NCBI RefSeq assembly: GCF_964213995.1
Contig: NW_027590154.1
Span: 310,001 to 374,000, forward strand
From: Mustelus asterias
Taxonomy: Eukaryota
Direction: 5' to 3'
Length of the DNA: 64,000 nt
The notes beneath the pieces are model-generated. The model saw nothing but the letters and a program-made list of their open reading frames with translations, made no database searches and was not told the origin of the DNA. This document shows positions 23,791 through 38,385 of the stretch, in pieces. Numbering within the stretch: the stretch's first letter is position 1; every line of letters begins with the position of its first letter. A program made the translations under genes and the position numbers.

Positions 23791-24519
23791 TTATCAAAAA
23801 TACCGAGGATTACTCCCGGTGAATTGATTGCTGACACTGGAACATTCCAGAAACAGACTAATACTGAGGCAGTAAGATTGAGATCCATTGTAATGTCTCT
23901 GTAAGTCCAAGGGGTGAAATTGCATTTGATTATCTGTTATATAAAAGAAACAATTTCATTGTAAATTAAATACCTTCATTTCTGCACCCCTTCACAAGGG
24001 AATAGACATAAACAAGGTGACATTATCTTATCAGGGTAAAGACGTCAGTCAGATTTGCAATAATTCTGTGTCTCTAACACATTGCAGCAAAATAATAATT
24101 CATGAGAGGAATTATTATCGATTTATGTAACTACATGCTGGGATGATTGTATTTCAGGTGTGGATAGCTATCCGTGTAATTTGGGACCGGATATAAGCAA
24201 AAAGGGAAGCAATGGCTTAGTGTTATTATCGCTACACAATTAATCCACAAACTCAACTAATGTTCTCAGGATCCGGCTTCGAATCCCGCCACGACAGATG
24301 GTGGAATTTAAATTCAGTAAAAACGTCTGGACTTAGGAATCTACTTATGACCATGATATCATTGTCGATTGTCTTCAGTAATGTCCTTTAGAGAAGGAAA
24401 TCTGCAGTCCTTGCCTGGCTGGCCTACATGTCATTCCAGAGCCACAGCAATGTGGTTGGCTCTCAACTGCCCTCGGACAAGGAGTGGGCAATAAATGCTG
24501 ACCATCCAGTGGCATCCAT

Positions 24520-24835
24520 GTCCATAGAATCCCTACAGAGCAGAAGGAGGCCATTTGGCCCATTCGGCCTGCACCGACAACATTCCCACTGAGGCCCTAT
24601 CCCCATCACCCCACGTATATTCGCTGCTAATTCCCTTGGCATCATGGAAGAATTTATCATCGCCAATCAACCTAAGCGGCGCATCTTCGGACCGTGTGAG
24701 TAAATAGGCAGACAATTGGAGGACGTGCAGACTCCACACAGACAGAGACTCCACGCAGATCCAAACCGGGAATTGAATCCGGGTCCCTTGCGTTGTGCGG
24801 CAGCAGTGCTAGCAACTATGCCACCGTGCCGTCCA
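24520..24835 (-). mobile_element. HE1-like V-SINE
   Basis: Head, core and tail as above. The paralog is at 39118-39397. Confidence 0.82.
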
Positions 24836-27517
24836 TGAATGAATTGAAAAAAGAAACTCCTCATATGATACAATGTTACACCTCATATTTCCCCAACAGC
24901 TCCTTCACCCTGTGAAAATTAACAGTGAAAGAAACATGGTTGACTTATAATTAATTGAGTTGACAGAGATACATAAAATTGAAATCGATTTGGACAGAGA
25001 AATTAATGAATCAGAACCAACACGGCGATCAGGAAAGTTCTCCTTCAGCATCCCAATCATTACAGCTCATTTTATTGGCCACCGCTGTCTAACATTCATT
25101 CGTCGTGGGAACACAGGATATCAGGACTTTGCGGCATTTTGCACAATATCACAAGAGTAAATGTTTTATCTTCCACTGAACCAGGTTATGAACTGGTCAT
25201 TTCTTCACTCATTGGCAGCTATGAGAGGGACTGTTAAATAATCGAAATCAGGTTATGCTGCACAACAGAACATGGTGCCAATCACGTATAATTGACGTTG
25301 TCTTTTTAAAGAGGTGTAGAACACTGAGAATATTCCAGGAATCCGCGCTGTTCAAGGCAGTTATATGACTTTCTTTTACTTTTAATTATTTTAATTTTGG
25401 GCCATTACACTGATCTCATTGGACTGAGGGATTGGGGACATCAAAATCTCTTTCGTGCACTTCATGAAGTTGCTCACAACGTGGATTTAATTGTTGGAAC
25501 GACATTTATTTGGAAGTTATACAAATGAAATAGCACCTAGCCAATTTACTAGTTTCCGATACTGTTTAATCACATAATGAACAGTGCATTCATTTCAAAT
25601 ATTTGCTGAGAATACCATTTAAAACGTGTCTTTCTTGTGGGAATCAAACATTTATTATAGAACTGGCTAAGTCCCATTTTATTCTTACAGATTCACGTTA
25701 ATCTGTCCCACGCAGTATTTGGCAGCAGTCCAACCTGCTGCCAAATACCCGAAGATATTTACAGGAAGCATCTGAGGGTGTTTGTTCAGAAACTCAAAGA
25801 TCTGTTTCCTCAGCACTGAGCGCTTGGCTGCAAGCCAACTTCAAACTCTTAGCATTGTCAATGGGGCCTATTTATAAACAAATCTGCCCAGCAACAGTAC
25901 TGGAGGCAAGTTAATTATTGTTTAAGTTGTAAACCTATATAAATGCTTCCCATTTCTTTGGAAAAGAAAGTTTCCAGCTTCTCTGGCACCTTGTTCGCAA
26001 CAATGATGATCTCTCCAACACAACAAAATACTGTGAACGATGGATAAAAATAAACACAGGCAGATTGTGAGAGTTGATTCAGAGAGGTGATACATTTTAT
26101 AATACATAAACATGTATGCTTGTGTTTTATTTCACTTTTTTCTTCCATGGGACGTGGGAGTCTCTGGAAAGACCAACATTTGTTTCCTGTGCTTAATTTA
26201 TTTTGAACTGAGTGGTGTGTTAGGACATTTCAGAAGGCATTGCCCAGTTACGCATACTGCTGTCCGTCTGGAGTCACACCCTGGTGAGACTAAGTAGGGA
26301 TGGCAGATTTCTTTGATTGGGGAATCAGAGAGGTTCATCTGGTCGCTGCAAATATGAATCCAGATTTATTGATTGAAATCAAATTCCACCAGCTGCCATG
26401 GTCGGAATTAATCTCGTGTTCACACATCACTGGCCTGGGCCTCTGGATTACTGCTCCACTGGCATTAATATTCCGCCACCATCGACACAAGAAATAAATA
26501 AATGCCTGTGTTGATGCAGGGATGAACGATAGTTGGCTGCCTGAATGTTTTCATCGAGGAATCAGTGAATGGACTGATGGATGTGATGATAGCTGGTCCT
26601 GACATTTGTTGTTCCACATTCGCACACTTGTGTTTTACTACTTCAAAAATCGAGGCTGGTCCTTTATTACAATTGTGTCAGTCCACAACCTTTAATCCTT
26701 CCAGATTTTCTGGGTGAATTCCATCCCAGGGACATGCGGAACAAATGAATTGAACGTCACTAAGAGTAGTCTGATTTCCCCCCCCCCCCCCCCCCCTGCT
26801 GATGGTGAATCTCCAAATGCAAGATGGAAAGAGGGAACATGATTAGGTTGATGAGGGAAGATTGTAATATTTGGAACATGTGGCCTTCCTAGTGCAACAA
26901 AATCACTCAACAGATCATCACCCAAATTAGTGAAGATAATACGCTAAAAAATAAACGATGTGGCAACTACAATATTGTGAAACTCACTGGACAGCTTGAA
27001 GTTTTAAATTACTTGCCAGAACTTTGTAAAAATGAATCGGGATTTTAAGCGTCTATAAATTCACATTAGATACAGATACTTTCAGTTGTACAGTCATTTT
27101 TAAAATGGTCACACACTCCAGTTATATATCAGGAGTTTCTGTGTGATGATGAGGTCATTACTTGTTAATAAAGCGCAGAGGCTGCTGGGTAGCTGCTACT
27201 ATTTGGCTGATTTAATTCAATTTCCCGCTGAATTCTGGGGCAGATTTGTTTCTTTCGTGACAGAAAGGCCAATGTTATCTCAATACATTTGAATCTGCAG
27301 TTTCATAAACTGCAATTATATTTGCATCAAATAAAATACTGACAATAATTGGTGAAATATTAATATATTTTTGTGAATTGAAGGTTGTTGGTAATATTGA
27401 CGCCAGGCAATGATCATCTCCAAAAAGGGAGAACCGACCCATTGCCCCTTGTCACTCAATGATATTATGGTACTGAATCACCCACTATAAACATCGGCGG
27501 GGTTACCATTGGCTAAT

Positions 27518-28362
27518 AAGAACATAAGAACATAAGAAATAGGAGCAGGAGTAGGCCATCAAGCCCCTCGAGCCTGCCCCGCCATTCAATAAGACCATGG
27601 CTGATCTGATAGTGGTTTAGTTCCACTTACCTGCCCGCTCCCCATAACCCTTAATTCCCTTATTGATCAGAGATCTATCTACCTGTGACTTCAGCATATT
27701 TAACGAGGTAGCCTCCACTGCTTCAATGGGCAGAGAATTCCAGAGATTCACTACCCTCTGAGAGAAGAAGTTGCCCCTCAACTCTGTTCTAAACTGACTC
27801 CCCCTTATTTTGAGACTGTGTCCTCTAGTTCTTGTTTCCTTTCTAAGTGGAAAGAATCTCTCTGCCTCTACCCTGTCTAGCCACTTCATTATCTTATATG
27901 TCTCTATAAGATCTCCCCTCAGCCTTCTAAACTCCAACGAGTACAGGCCCAATCTACACAATCTCTCCTCATAAGCTAACCCCCTCATCTCTGGTATCAA
28001 CCTGGTGAACCTTCTCTGTACTCCCTCCAAAGCCAATATATCCTTCCGCAAATAAGGGGAATAAAATTGCACACAGTACTCTAGTTGCGGCCTCACCAGT
28101 ACCTTGTACAACTTCAGCAAGACCTCCCTGCTTTTATACTCCATCCCCTTCGCAATAAAGGCCAACATTCCATTTGCCTTCTTGATCACCTGCTGCACCT
28201 GCAAACTGAGTTTTTGCGATTCATGCACAAGGACCCCCAGGTCCCTCTGTACAGGAGCATGTTGTAATTTTTCACCATATAAATAATAGTCCATTTTACT
28301 ATTATTCCTTCCAAAGCGGATAACCTCACACTTGTCAACGTTATACTCCATCTGCTGCATTA
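27518..28362 (-). mobile_element. Young 5'-truncated CR1/HER1 LINE
   Basis: Open 247-aa ORF2 C-terminus and (ttcttatg)n tail. TAAT is duplicated at the flanks, and the empty site is at 44977-44980. Confidence 0.93.
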
Positions 28363-29517
28363 TAATCGCTGCATTAACTAGGTATATAAATGCTCCGGCT
28401 AGAATATCAGGTCAGCCTGCTTTGAGTAACCCACCTCCTGACTCCCCAAACCTGTGCACCACCTACACGACACAAGTCAGGAGAGTAAAAGGGTTCTCTC
28501 CACTTGCTTGAGTAAGTGCAGCTCAAACAAAATTCAAGAATCTTCATACCATTCAGGACAAAGCCGCCGGCTGGACTGGCACAGCATTTGCAAATGCTCA
28601 GTCCCTCCACCACAGAGAGCAGCATTATGTACCATCTACAAGTTTCACTTCCGAAACTCACCGAAACTCCTTACGCAACACCTTCCAACCACACGACACC
28701 TACCATCTGGAAGGACAGGGGTAACAATTACCAGGGAATATCATCTATAAATTCCCCTCCAAGTCAGTCATATACCTGACTTGGAAATATATCGTCCTTC
28801 CTTCACTATCGCTGAATCGAAATCCTAGAAGTCCCTCTGCAACAGCACAGTGTGGGTACCAGCACCACCGGTTCTGCAGCAATTCAAGAAGGTAGTTCAC
28901 CACCAGCTCACTAAGGGCAATTAGGTATGGGCAACAAATGCTGACTGAGCCAGCAACGCACGTATCCATTAAATTAAAACTTAAACGATTAATGTTTATG
29001 AATGGATGATAACTTATGAACAAAATTGTGTAACTTTGTGAATGGATGGCAATTGGTGAAAATAAATACCAACTTTCTGAACATTTATGACCTTCTCTTT
29101 CTCTGCCAGAAGATAGGTTCCGTTCCACAGGAGACTCATAATTCAAAAGCATCACACTATCCGAAGACAAGGTCGACAGAAGAGGCGGCAACATCTGCAG
29201 CTGTATCTCAATCATAGCATCATGGGAAAGGCCTTTGATAGGATGACAATTTGGTTACTCATCTGCTTGAAGACCGGGATTAACCTGAAGCACAGTGTTG
29301 TGTTGGTGTTGGAAGATATACGTATCATAACCATACCTTCCTGAATCTAAATAAGACATTCGACACTAGCATCAGAGCAGAGACTACAAGATTTGGGGGA
29401 ACTAGGCTCTCCAACAAAAATTCCTCGGTCTCATTCATGACACAGAAAACGACAATATACAACCACAACTAATAGCTTCATGGGCAACACTTGCCGTTGA
29501 TTCAACCTCTCAAAAAT

Positions 29518-29665
29518 TGCCCATCGAGTCTGCACCGAATCTCTGACAGAGTATCTGAGCCAAACCCTTTCCCCTACCCATGCCCCATAGCCCCACACAT
29601 TTACCATGACCAATCCACCTAATCTGAACATCTTTGGATACTAAGGGGCAATTTAGCATGGCCAT
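29518..29665 (-). mobile_element. Partial V-SINE at the B1/B2 junction
   Basis: cccatcgagtctgcacc..taaggggcaatttagcatggcca. Confidence 0.7.
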
Positions 29666-31251
29666 TAGAATGTATTCCATATTTATTAATTGAATTCAAA
29701 TTCCATCAGCTGCAATGCTCCGATTTAAATCCCTATCCCCACATCATTGTCCTGGGCCTCTGGATCACTGGGCCAATTAAATTGATATTACGTCACCATC
29801 TGCACAAACAAAAAATGAATGACTGTCTTGATGCAGGAATGAATGACAGTTGAATGAATGATAGTTGGACGAATGACAGTTGGATGCCTGAATATTTTGA
29901 TTGAGGAATCAGTGAATGGATTGATAGATGCATTGTTAAATGGTACTGAAATATGTTGTTCTACATTCCCATATTTGTACTTCACTGGTCCATAAATTGA
30001 AACAGCTCCTTTATCCCATTTCTGTCAGTCTAATAACGTCAATACTTCCAGAGGTTCTGGGAGAAATACAACCCTAGTTTCTAGGGAGCGAGCAAGCTGA
30101 TCCTCACGAAAAGAAGAGGGGATTTTCCTGCCGCACGGATGGTTCATTTCTCTGCTGATGCTGAATATTCATATCCAAGATCGAAAGAGAGAACATGATT
30201 TGGCTGAGGAGGGAGGATTGTAATATTTGAAACATGTGCAGCAAATCACTCACCATGCCCTCCCCCAAATTAGTGAAGGTAACAGGCTGTAAAATAAATA
30301 ATGTGGCAACAGATATATTGTGAAACTCACTGGACAACTACAAGTGTTACATTATTTCCCAAAACTGTGTAATAATGGATCGGGATTTAAAGATTCAGTA
30401 AAATCATATTTGGTGCAGGTAGTTTAATTTGTATGATTACTTTGGAAATCATCACACCAGTTATGATTCAGGAGTTTAAAGCGCAGAGACTGCTGGGTAG
30501 CTACTCATGATCCTCGGTCTGTATTCATTCAATTTCCAATTGAATTCTGGGACAGATTTTATCCTTGGTGACAAAAAGGTGTCAATAAATGTTAATATCA
30601 ATAAATTATTCAAAGCAAAGTTGTATAGAAGGAAATACTGGAAACAAACAGAAAATGCTGGAAAATCTCAGCAGGTCTGACAGCATCTGTGGAGACAGAA
30701 TAGAGCCAACGTTTCGAGTCTGGATGACGCTTCGGCAGAGTATTCCTGATGCGTTGGAGAGATCATCATTGTTTCTAACAAGGTGTCAGAGAAGCTGCAT
30801 AACTTTCCTGTGAAATGGGAATAGTTCAAATAGATACTGTTTAATTATATGCACGATTTCGAGCCACACACAAGTTGCATCAATTTACATACCGATCCCA
30901 AAAATCATCAACTTCTCCATGCTAACTAACCTAATCAACATCTCAATCGCTAACTATATCCTAATCCCTTTCCAGCTCATCATTTCCCAATGTCCTCACC
31001 CTCTTCAATTTCCCCCAAATAAAAAAAAAGGGTCATCCCGACTCGAAACTTTGACTCTATTAAATTATAGCTTAGACAGTCGCCCACCTTCCATCAAGTA
31101 ATTTTAAATAGACTAACCTTTGTGAATGAATGAGAATTGGTGAATGCATTTATTAAATTGCGAATGGATGGTCATTGGTGAAAATAATTACTATCTTTCT
31201 GAACATTTATGACATTCTCCTTATTTGCTGGAAGATTTAAGGTTTGTAGTT

Positions 31252-31550
31252 CATTTATTAATGTCACAAGTAGGCTTACATTAACACTGCAATGAAGTCA
31301 CTGTAAAATCCCTGAGTCGCCACACTATACCGTCTGTTCGGGGACACTGAGGGAGAATTTAGCCTGGCCAGTGCACATTACCGGCATGCCTTTTCGGACT
31401 GTGCAGGAAACTGGACCACCCAGCAGAAATCCACGCATAAACGGGGAGAAAGTACAGACTCCGCACAGACACTGACCCAAGCCGGAACCAAACAAGTGGC
31501 CCTAGCACTGTGAGGCAACAGAGCTAAGCACTGTGCCACCATGGCACCCA
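31252..31550 (-). mobile_element. V-SINE
   Basis: Paralog of 17425-17718. Confidence 0.8.
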
Positions 31551-34500
31551 TCATTCCATAAGACAGGCATGATTCAAATTCATCACACTTTTTGCAAAGT
31601 AAACCGATGGAAGAGACTATTACAACTACAGACATATCTCAGTCATAACATCACGGGTAAGATCTTTGCTGGGGTCACACTTGAAATACATCATCTGCTT
31701 GCAGACCGGGTGTTCCTGATGTGCAGTGTAGTGACTGTGTTGGAACATTTACTCCAGCCAACAACTTCTCCATGTTCCATATGTGTCCATATCTTTAACG
31801 TACTTCGGCCAATCTCGCGAAGACATTCAACACCGTCAGCAGGGCAAGGAATACAGGATTTTGGTGATAACTGGCTCTACACCAAAGCTCCTAATCTCCA
31901 TTCATGATACAAAAACGATAACACACAATGACGAATGGTAGCTTAATGGGCAGCACTTGTGGCAGAACTAACTTTTCAAAAATTGGCCTCCTCAATCATT
32001 AGAAAAGGTGACATATGTAAAGGAAGCCAATCTGAATTGGATGTGTTTATTGTGTGTCCATCATGTACTGTAAATGGAAGGATGCACGTGATCATTGTGG
32101 AATTAATTTGTATCAAACACGATGTATTTCACACAACACACACACACACCAAGATGCTCAATGTGGGTCCGGCACGGAGCACTCGATTCCAGAAATGATT
32201 TGGAAAGAGTCCAAATATAGATTTTAAAACATAAATTAAAAAGGTGAATAGAGAGTGCCTGCCCTTGACATCGACGCAGCGTCTGACCGTTTGTGGCATC
32301 AAGGAGCCCGAGCGAAACTGCAGTCAATGGGAATCAGGGGGAACAGAGTCCACTGCCTGAGTCATGCTGAGCACAAAGGAAGATGGTTGTTGATGGTCAA
32401 TCATGCCAGTCACACGCATTGCTGCAGGAATTCTTCAGGTTAGTGACCTAGCCCCAAGCTTCAGCCTTCATCGAAGTTCAGAAGTGGGATTTTCACAGGT
32501 GATTGCACAAAGTTCCGCACCAGTTGCGACTCCTCAGTTACTGACACAGTCTGTGCCCATATGCAGTAAGACTTAGAAAACATTCAGTCTTTGGATAATG
32601 AATGACAAGGAACATTCATGCACCACAAGTGGCAGGCAATGACAGTCTCCAATGAGGGAGATTCCAAACCACTCCCCATGACATTAAATGGCATTACCCA
32701 TCGCTGAATTCGCCCACTATCAACATCCTGGGAATTATAATTCGTGAAAATCTGAACGGAGACAGACGTTTAAATCATGTGGCCACAGGAGCAGGTCAGA
32801 CGCTCGGAGTTCTGCAGTGAACAACGCACCTCCTGAATTCCCAACTCCTATCCATCATCTACAAGGCAAAAGGCTGGAGTGTGAACAAATATCACAGAAT
32901 AGTAAAGCACAGGAACAGGCCCTTCGGCCCACCAAGTCTGTGCCGACACAAATGATTGAATATTCTCTACTTGCCTGACTTGTGCCACTCAAAAGCTCAA
33001 TGCCATTCTAGACAAAGTAGCTGCCTCGAAGAACACCCCACCCACCAGCTTCCCAAAGCTTGCCACCACATTCTCAAAGGAATTCATGGTTTGACAACAA
33101 AAGCTGACTATCCCAGTGACATCAAAATCACATGAAACGATTTTAAACATACCATATATCTGCCTATATTCAGCTAGCCTCTGCGTCTGTCTATATTACA
33201 GTAGGCTGCGCCTGGATCCCATTCCAGGAGGTCATGTCTAAGCTTTTTCCTGCACTTGGCTCAATATCAGGTGTTCGTATATGAGACACAGGCCCTGTTT
33301 ATATTATAATTTCTAAGTTATGGCTGTACTGAGCCATGCTTCTGCTGATCCGACAAGAGGCCGTGTCTCAATTCTTACTGCCTCAGAACATTTGCCACTG
33401 CATACTAAACTGGAGCAACTGCTTCATGCACGACACATGGTTCTGTCACAGTTATTTTGCTAATAGTTCATTAGATTTTGATAAACTCGATCCTGTTTGC
33501 GTTAATGCTGCACCAGTCCATGTATTTATTTATTTCAGACTCTATCACGTCTGAGATATAATTGCATTTTGCAATACCTCCTAATTGCTGCATTGTCCGT
33601 ATCTCAGTGTGTATCAGTCTAGGCCCTGTCCCAGTAATTGTTACAAATAAACTGGGCTCTGTCTCAGTTTACATCAGTCTCGGTACTGTATCAGTAATCA
33701 TTACTAATACACTGGACTCTGTCTCAGTTTACATCTGTCACTGTCCTGTATCTATTAGTAATTATTATTAATGCACTTGACTCCGTCTCACTCTAAAGAC
33801 ATTTAGGTCCTGTATCATTAATTACTGGGCTCTGTCTCAGTTTATATGTATAAGCTCCTATGTCCAGTAAAACTGCACTAGACACTGTCTCAGTTTTATT
33901 TTCCTCGACATTGTCATATATATTTGTAATGTTTGTTTCATGGGATGTGGGTGTCACTGAAAAGATCAGCATTTGGCCTTTGACCATCCCCACATGGCAC
34001 TCAGAAAGAAACCCATTTCTATTTTGCTGGATCAGGGTTTATGTTAAATTAGAGTCTGTCTCTGTTAATACACTGCTAGACTAGAAATCAGTTTATATTG
34101 CACTAGCCATACTCTCTGGTTAAGTAATATTTGATCCTGACCCTGTACATATTTCACTAGACTGTGTTAGTGTTATGCCTGTACTTAACTTTGCCTCTAT
34201 TTGAATGATGTCTGCATTTCTCCGCGGTTCTACGAGAAGAAGAGATATTATGTTGGATGAAAAACAGTGGTCTCTGGCAGGATTCTGAAACAGGCAGTAT
34301 TGGATCGACAGTATTTGGTCGGTGCGGGCTTCCAGTGCCGAAGAGCCTGTTCCTCTGCAGTAATTTTCTTGTTCTTTGTTCTGTGTTGACAGTGCATGCT
34401 ATACAGGTCTTAGTAACCATTTTCAATGCAGTCAGCAGAAGTAGGTTTCAGATAACACTGCTTCTTTTCCTTGTTTAAGAGGATGCAGAGAATTGTGTCC

Positions 34501-36334
34501 CCCTAAACACTTTCCTCATTACTGGCATTGTCCAGTGCAGTAAAAACTGAGACCATGTCCAATGCAATATAAACGTGGATAGGGTCAAGTGCAGAAATAA
34601 GACTCCATCTAGTTTAATACAAACAGACAGGTCTAAATTAATACAAACCGATACACCGTCTAGTTTGATATAAACCGAAACATGTTGATGCATAATATAA
34701 ACAGGGACAAGGTCTAATTTAGTATAGTCAGAGAAAGCGTCTCGTTTAATATGTGAAGAGATAGGGTCTCGTGCAGCATAAACCGAGGCATGACCTTATA
34801 TAATAGAAGCTGACACGGGGTAAACTGACTGTCTAATAAAGAGACTGGTTCAATCTCCATGAAATTTGGAGAGACGGCCTACTGCCCCATCAAACAATCA
34901 CAGGACAGGAGTAATATGGGGTTAACAGTAAAGTTCCCCCATGCATTGCCAAATTTAACACTCCCAAGTCAGGAATAGCATGATTTAGATACAAAGTGAA
35001 CCTCCCTCTCCCTATCAAAATAAAACATCCCTGGAAAAGGGAGACTGTCTAGAAACAGAGTGAAACTCCCTCTACAAAGTCTGCTCAAACACAATGAAGG
35101 CATAGAGACCAGGGACTCTCTTCTAGGTAAAACCACTTCTGCATTTTTCCTTCAGAGAATCGGGAGGCAAGTTTGAATTGGTGTTCGGTAGAGGGGGAAG
35201 ATCCCTCGACGCAGTCCCATAAAATACACCCAGGTCAGGTACAGCAGAGATTAGATACGGATTAAATCTCCCTTTACAAGTAATATCAAACATTCAAAGG
35301 GAAGGTACGTGAGTTTAGATGCAGGTTAAATATTCCTCTACACTGTCCAGTCAAACAGTCCAAGGGCAGGGATAAATACAGGGAAAATCTCTTTGGTACT
35401 GCCACATCGAATCCTTGTTACGAGGTACAATACAGGTTAGATACAGAGGAAAATGTATAAAATATCCCAAAATCATAGATGCTCAAGAGATCTTTTAGAG
35501 TAAATCTCCCTCATGGATTCCAATTCATTGCGTTGCATTCCTTACAACTCTGGCTGAGAGAATACATTGGGCAACATTGAATTCAGATTGTGGAGGGAAG
35601 ACGATGACCTATCGTGAAGAGACAAGACACAGAACCAGAAGGAGAAAGACAGAGAGAGAGATGAAACACAGGGAATTTCCACGAACACATTTGCCGTGTT
35701 ATCACATTTCGGGATCAAAGGGATTCTTTGCTAATTCTGAACATAGATATTGTCATGATTTTTTTTCTTCATATAATTGATGAATAACTAATGTATAAAA
35801 ACAATCATTTCTGGAATCCGTTGATCGATTTGCATGTTTGTCTCTATTTCTGTGCTGTGTTGGTGGGGAAATATTTGTTGTGTTTTCGTCAGTCAACAAT
35901 CTAATCTGGGATTTCTATTTCTGTGTTTATTTACATAAGCACCTCACTGTTTACAATGAAATGTGAATGGCAGCAAAAACAGATAAACCGTCACTTATTC
36001 ATTCGTTTCAACTCAAAATAGCGGTTATTTTAAGAATATTAACAGTTGGTTCAAAAAGAATAGAAAGCTTTTTAACATAAATTACACCAGATGCTATTTA
36101 ATTAAATGAATGAATACATTCTATTTAAGAATTTGTCCTGAAAGTTCTGATGTCACAATAAATAAAGTATCTGTGAATAGGCTGGTATTCCATTGAATGT
36201 TAATTTGATTGATGATCTAAATTGCTTCAACTAGACAAGTTAAAACAAAGAGAACTGATGTGTGAAATATTCCTGTCATAATTAGTGATCAGACTCACAC
36301 GAGGGAAGAATAAAAAATCCAGTGTGGTTATCAC

Positions 36335-36825
36335 TAAGTGATACAAGTAGCATTGCTGCCTCACAGTGACAGGGAAGCGGGTTCGATTCCAACCTTGGGT
36401 GACTGTGTGTGGTTTTTCACATTCTACCATGTCCATGTGAGTTTCCTCCGGTGCTCCGGTTTCCTTCCACAGTCCAAGGATGTACGGGTTAGGTGGATTG
36501 GTATGATAAATTGCTCCTTTGTGTCCAAGGATGAGCAACGTAGAATCACAGAATCCCTACAGTGCAGAAGGAGACCATCGCTTCATCAAGTCTGAACCAG
36601 CTGTCCAGCAGGGCATCATTCCCAGGCCCAAGGTGGATTGGCGATTCTAAATTGCCCCTTAGTGTGCAACGATGTGTAGGTTAGAGACATTAGCCTCTGA
36701 ATATGTGAGGTTGTCGGGATAGGGTGAAGGCTGGGCCTGGATAGGATGCTCTGCTGGAGAGCAGCTGCAGACTTGATGGACCGAATGGCCTCCTACTGCA
36801 CTGCACTGGATTCTATGATTCTATG
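36335..36825 (+). mobile_element. V-SINE with an internal inverted SINE-tail fragment
   Basis: Head at 36335, inverted tail at 36541-36630, and tail ttctatgattctatg at about 36810-36825. Confidence 0.75.
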
Positions 36826-37520
36826 CTGCTATGATCAGCAGAGGAATGAATATATTCGCATTAATCTCTCAGCACTTCCAACGTATTACAACTTTCATTT
36901 TGGTAGAGCTTACATTTATAGAACCCTTTACCCGACTTCATGTAGTCCCAAAGTTCTTAAAACTCACTGATGTACCTTTGCTGAATTTAGTCACTGCTAT
37001 CATGTTGTAAATACAACAGGTAATGTACGTACAACAAACTCCCACAAACCGAGATGTGATAAATTGCCAGTAAATTTGTGATTTTGTTTGAAGAATCAGT
37101 ATTAAGGTGGATATTGGGGAGAACAGCCTTGCTCTTTAGAATTATATCAATGAGATTTTGCATCCTGGCATCGATTTTAAATGTGAATCTGGTTCTCTAT
37201 CTGCTGATGTACACTGACCTGCTGAGTAGCATTTGTGTTACTTTAGTTTTAGATTTCCAGAATCGGCAGCACTTTACACTGTTGTTATTGATGCTCTGGA
37301 TGTGAGCATCACTGACAAAGCCAACATTTAGTTGTCCCTGCTGAGAAGGCTGTTGTGAACCACCTTGTTGAAACCTGCCCTCTGGATGATTTTATTATTT
37401 GTTTTTCCATAGCAGCTTCGGTACAACTGGATGGCCTGCCCGGCAATTTCAGTAGTGGCTAAGAGTCATTTTCATCAGAGTGGAATTGGAGTCTAGGCAG
37501 AACAGACAGGGTAAAGATAG

Positions 37521-38041
37521 GAATCTTCTGTTTTTAGTTATTTCCAAAGAGACGATTTCGTTTGAAGTATAAAAGCAAATTACTACGAATTCTGGAATTG
37601 AAACCAAAAGAGAAAATGTTGGGAAATCTCAGCAGGCCTGGCAATATCTGTGAGGAGAGAAAATAGCTGACATTTCGAATCCAGATGGCCTTTTGACAAA
37701 GTTTTGACAAAGGGTCATCTTTAATCGAAAAGTAAGCTCTTCTCTCTCCTTACAGGTGCTGCCAGACTTGCTGAGATTTTCCAGCATTTTCTCTTTACTT
37801 TGTTTGAAGTGTCTTCGGGTGGAGTAAATTGATTCTGTATCCTGGGGCGGAGGAATTGTAGGCTGACCCAAGACTATCGTGCTGAAGAAGACACTGTAAA
37901 CACTGTTCAGGGACCTGTCGGACCCAGACCATTCAGTTACTGCCAACATTGAATGCGTTGGCTTTACAGTCAGTCTCAAAGAGTTTGAGGGACGCCCAGT
38001 TTCTGCCTCTCGCTGAGTCAACACAACCTCCGATTCGACAC
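37521..38041 (-). pseudogene. VH pseudogene 2 (FR1-FR3), interrupted by a palindromic element
   Basis: It reads VESEVVLTQREAETGRPSNSLRLT(frameshift)CKANAFNVGSN*MVWVRQVPEQCLQCLL...EDTSN. FR3 resumes at 37521-37568 (atttccaaagag matches the functional V). The acceptor is mutated AG>AA. No leader, YYC or RSS. Confidence 0.9.
37571..37801. mobile_element. Palindromic Penelope-like element inserted in pseudo-V2
   Basis: It has inverted arms, and GTTTGAAGT is duplicated at 37560-37568 and 37802-37810. Confidence 0.8.
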
Positions 38042-38074
38042 TTGTAAAAATATCTAAAATCCTATGAAAATAAA

Positions 38075-38385
38075 ACGCCACGCACTCCGGACATACTCGC
38101 TCACCTTTTTCCATCGGGAACAAGATACAAAAGTCTGAGGAGACGGAGAAACCGACTCAAAAACAATTTCTCTCCTGCTGCAATCGGACGTTTGAATGGA
38201 CCTACGTCGCATTAAGTTCATCTTTCTCGACACCCCACCTATGACTGCAAAATTACATTATTCACTCTCTCCCTTCCTTCCCTATATACGTTATGCTCTG
38301 ACTGTATCGTGAGCAAGAAACAATAATTTGCATTGTGCACAAATATGTGCGATAATAATAAGTCAAATGAAATTAAATGAAATAT
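38075..38385 (+). mobile_element. Rex1/Babar-like LINE 3' end
   Basis: Paralog of 23485-23790. Confidence 0.7.

Larger units (their letters stand above)
23293..29515. repeat. Segmental duplication copy B1 (pseudo-V plus upstream flank)
   Basis: Collinear with 37890-46390 and, more distantly, with about 12950-18140. Confidence 0.88.
29661..37520. repeat. Segmental duplication copy B2
   Basis: Collinear with 15366-22270. The distal part 36090-37520 matches about 52940-53790. Confidence 0.88.

Noticed and set aside
37629-38123. 164-aa ORF containing a V FR1 stretch
   Set aside because: It is a chimera of Rex1 antisense, frameshifted pseudo-V and inserted repeat.
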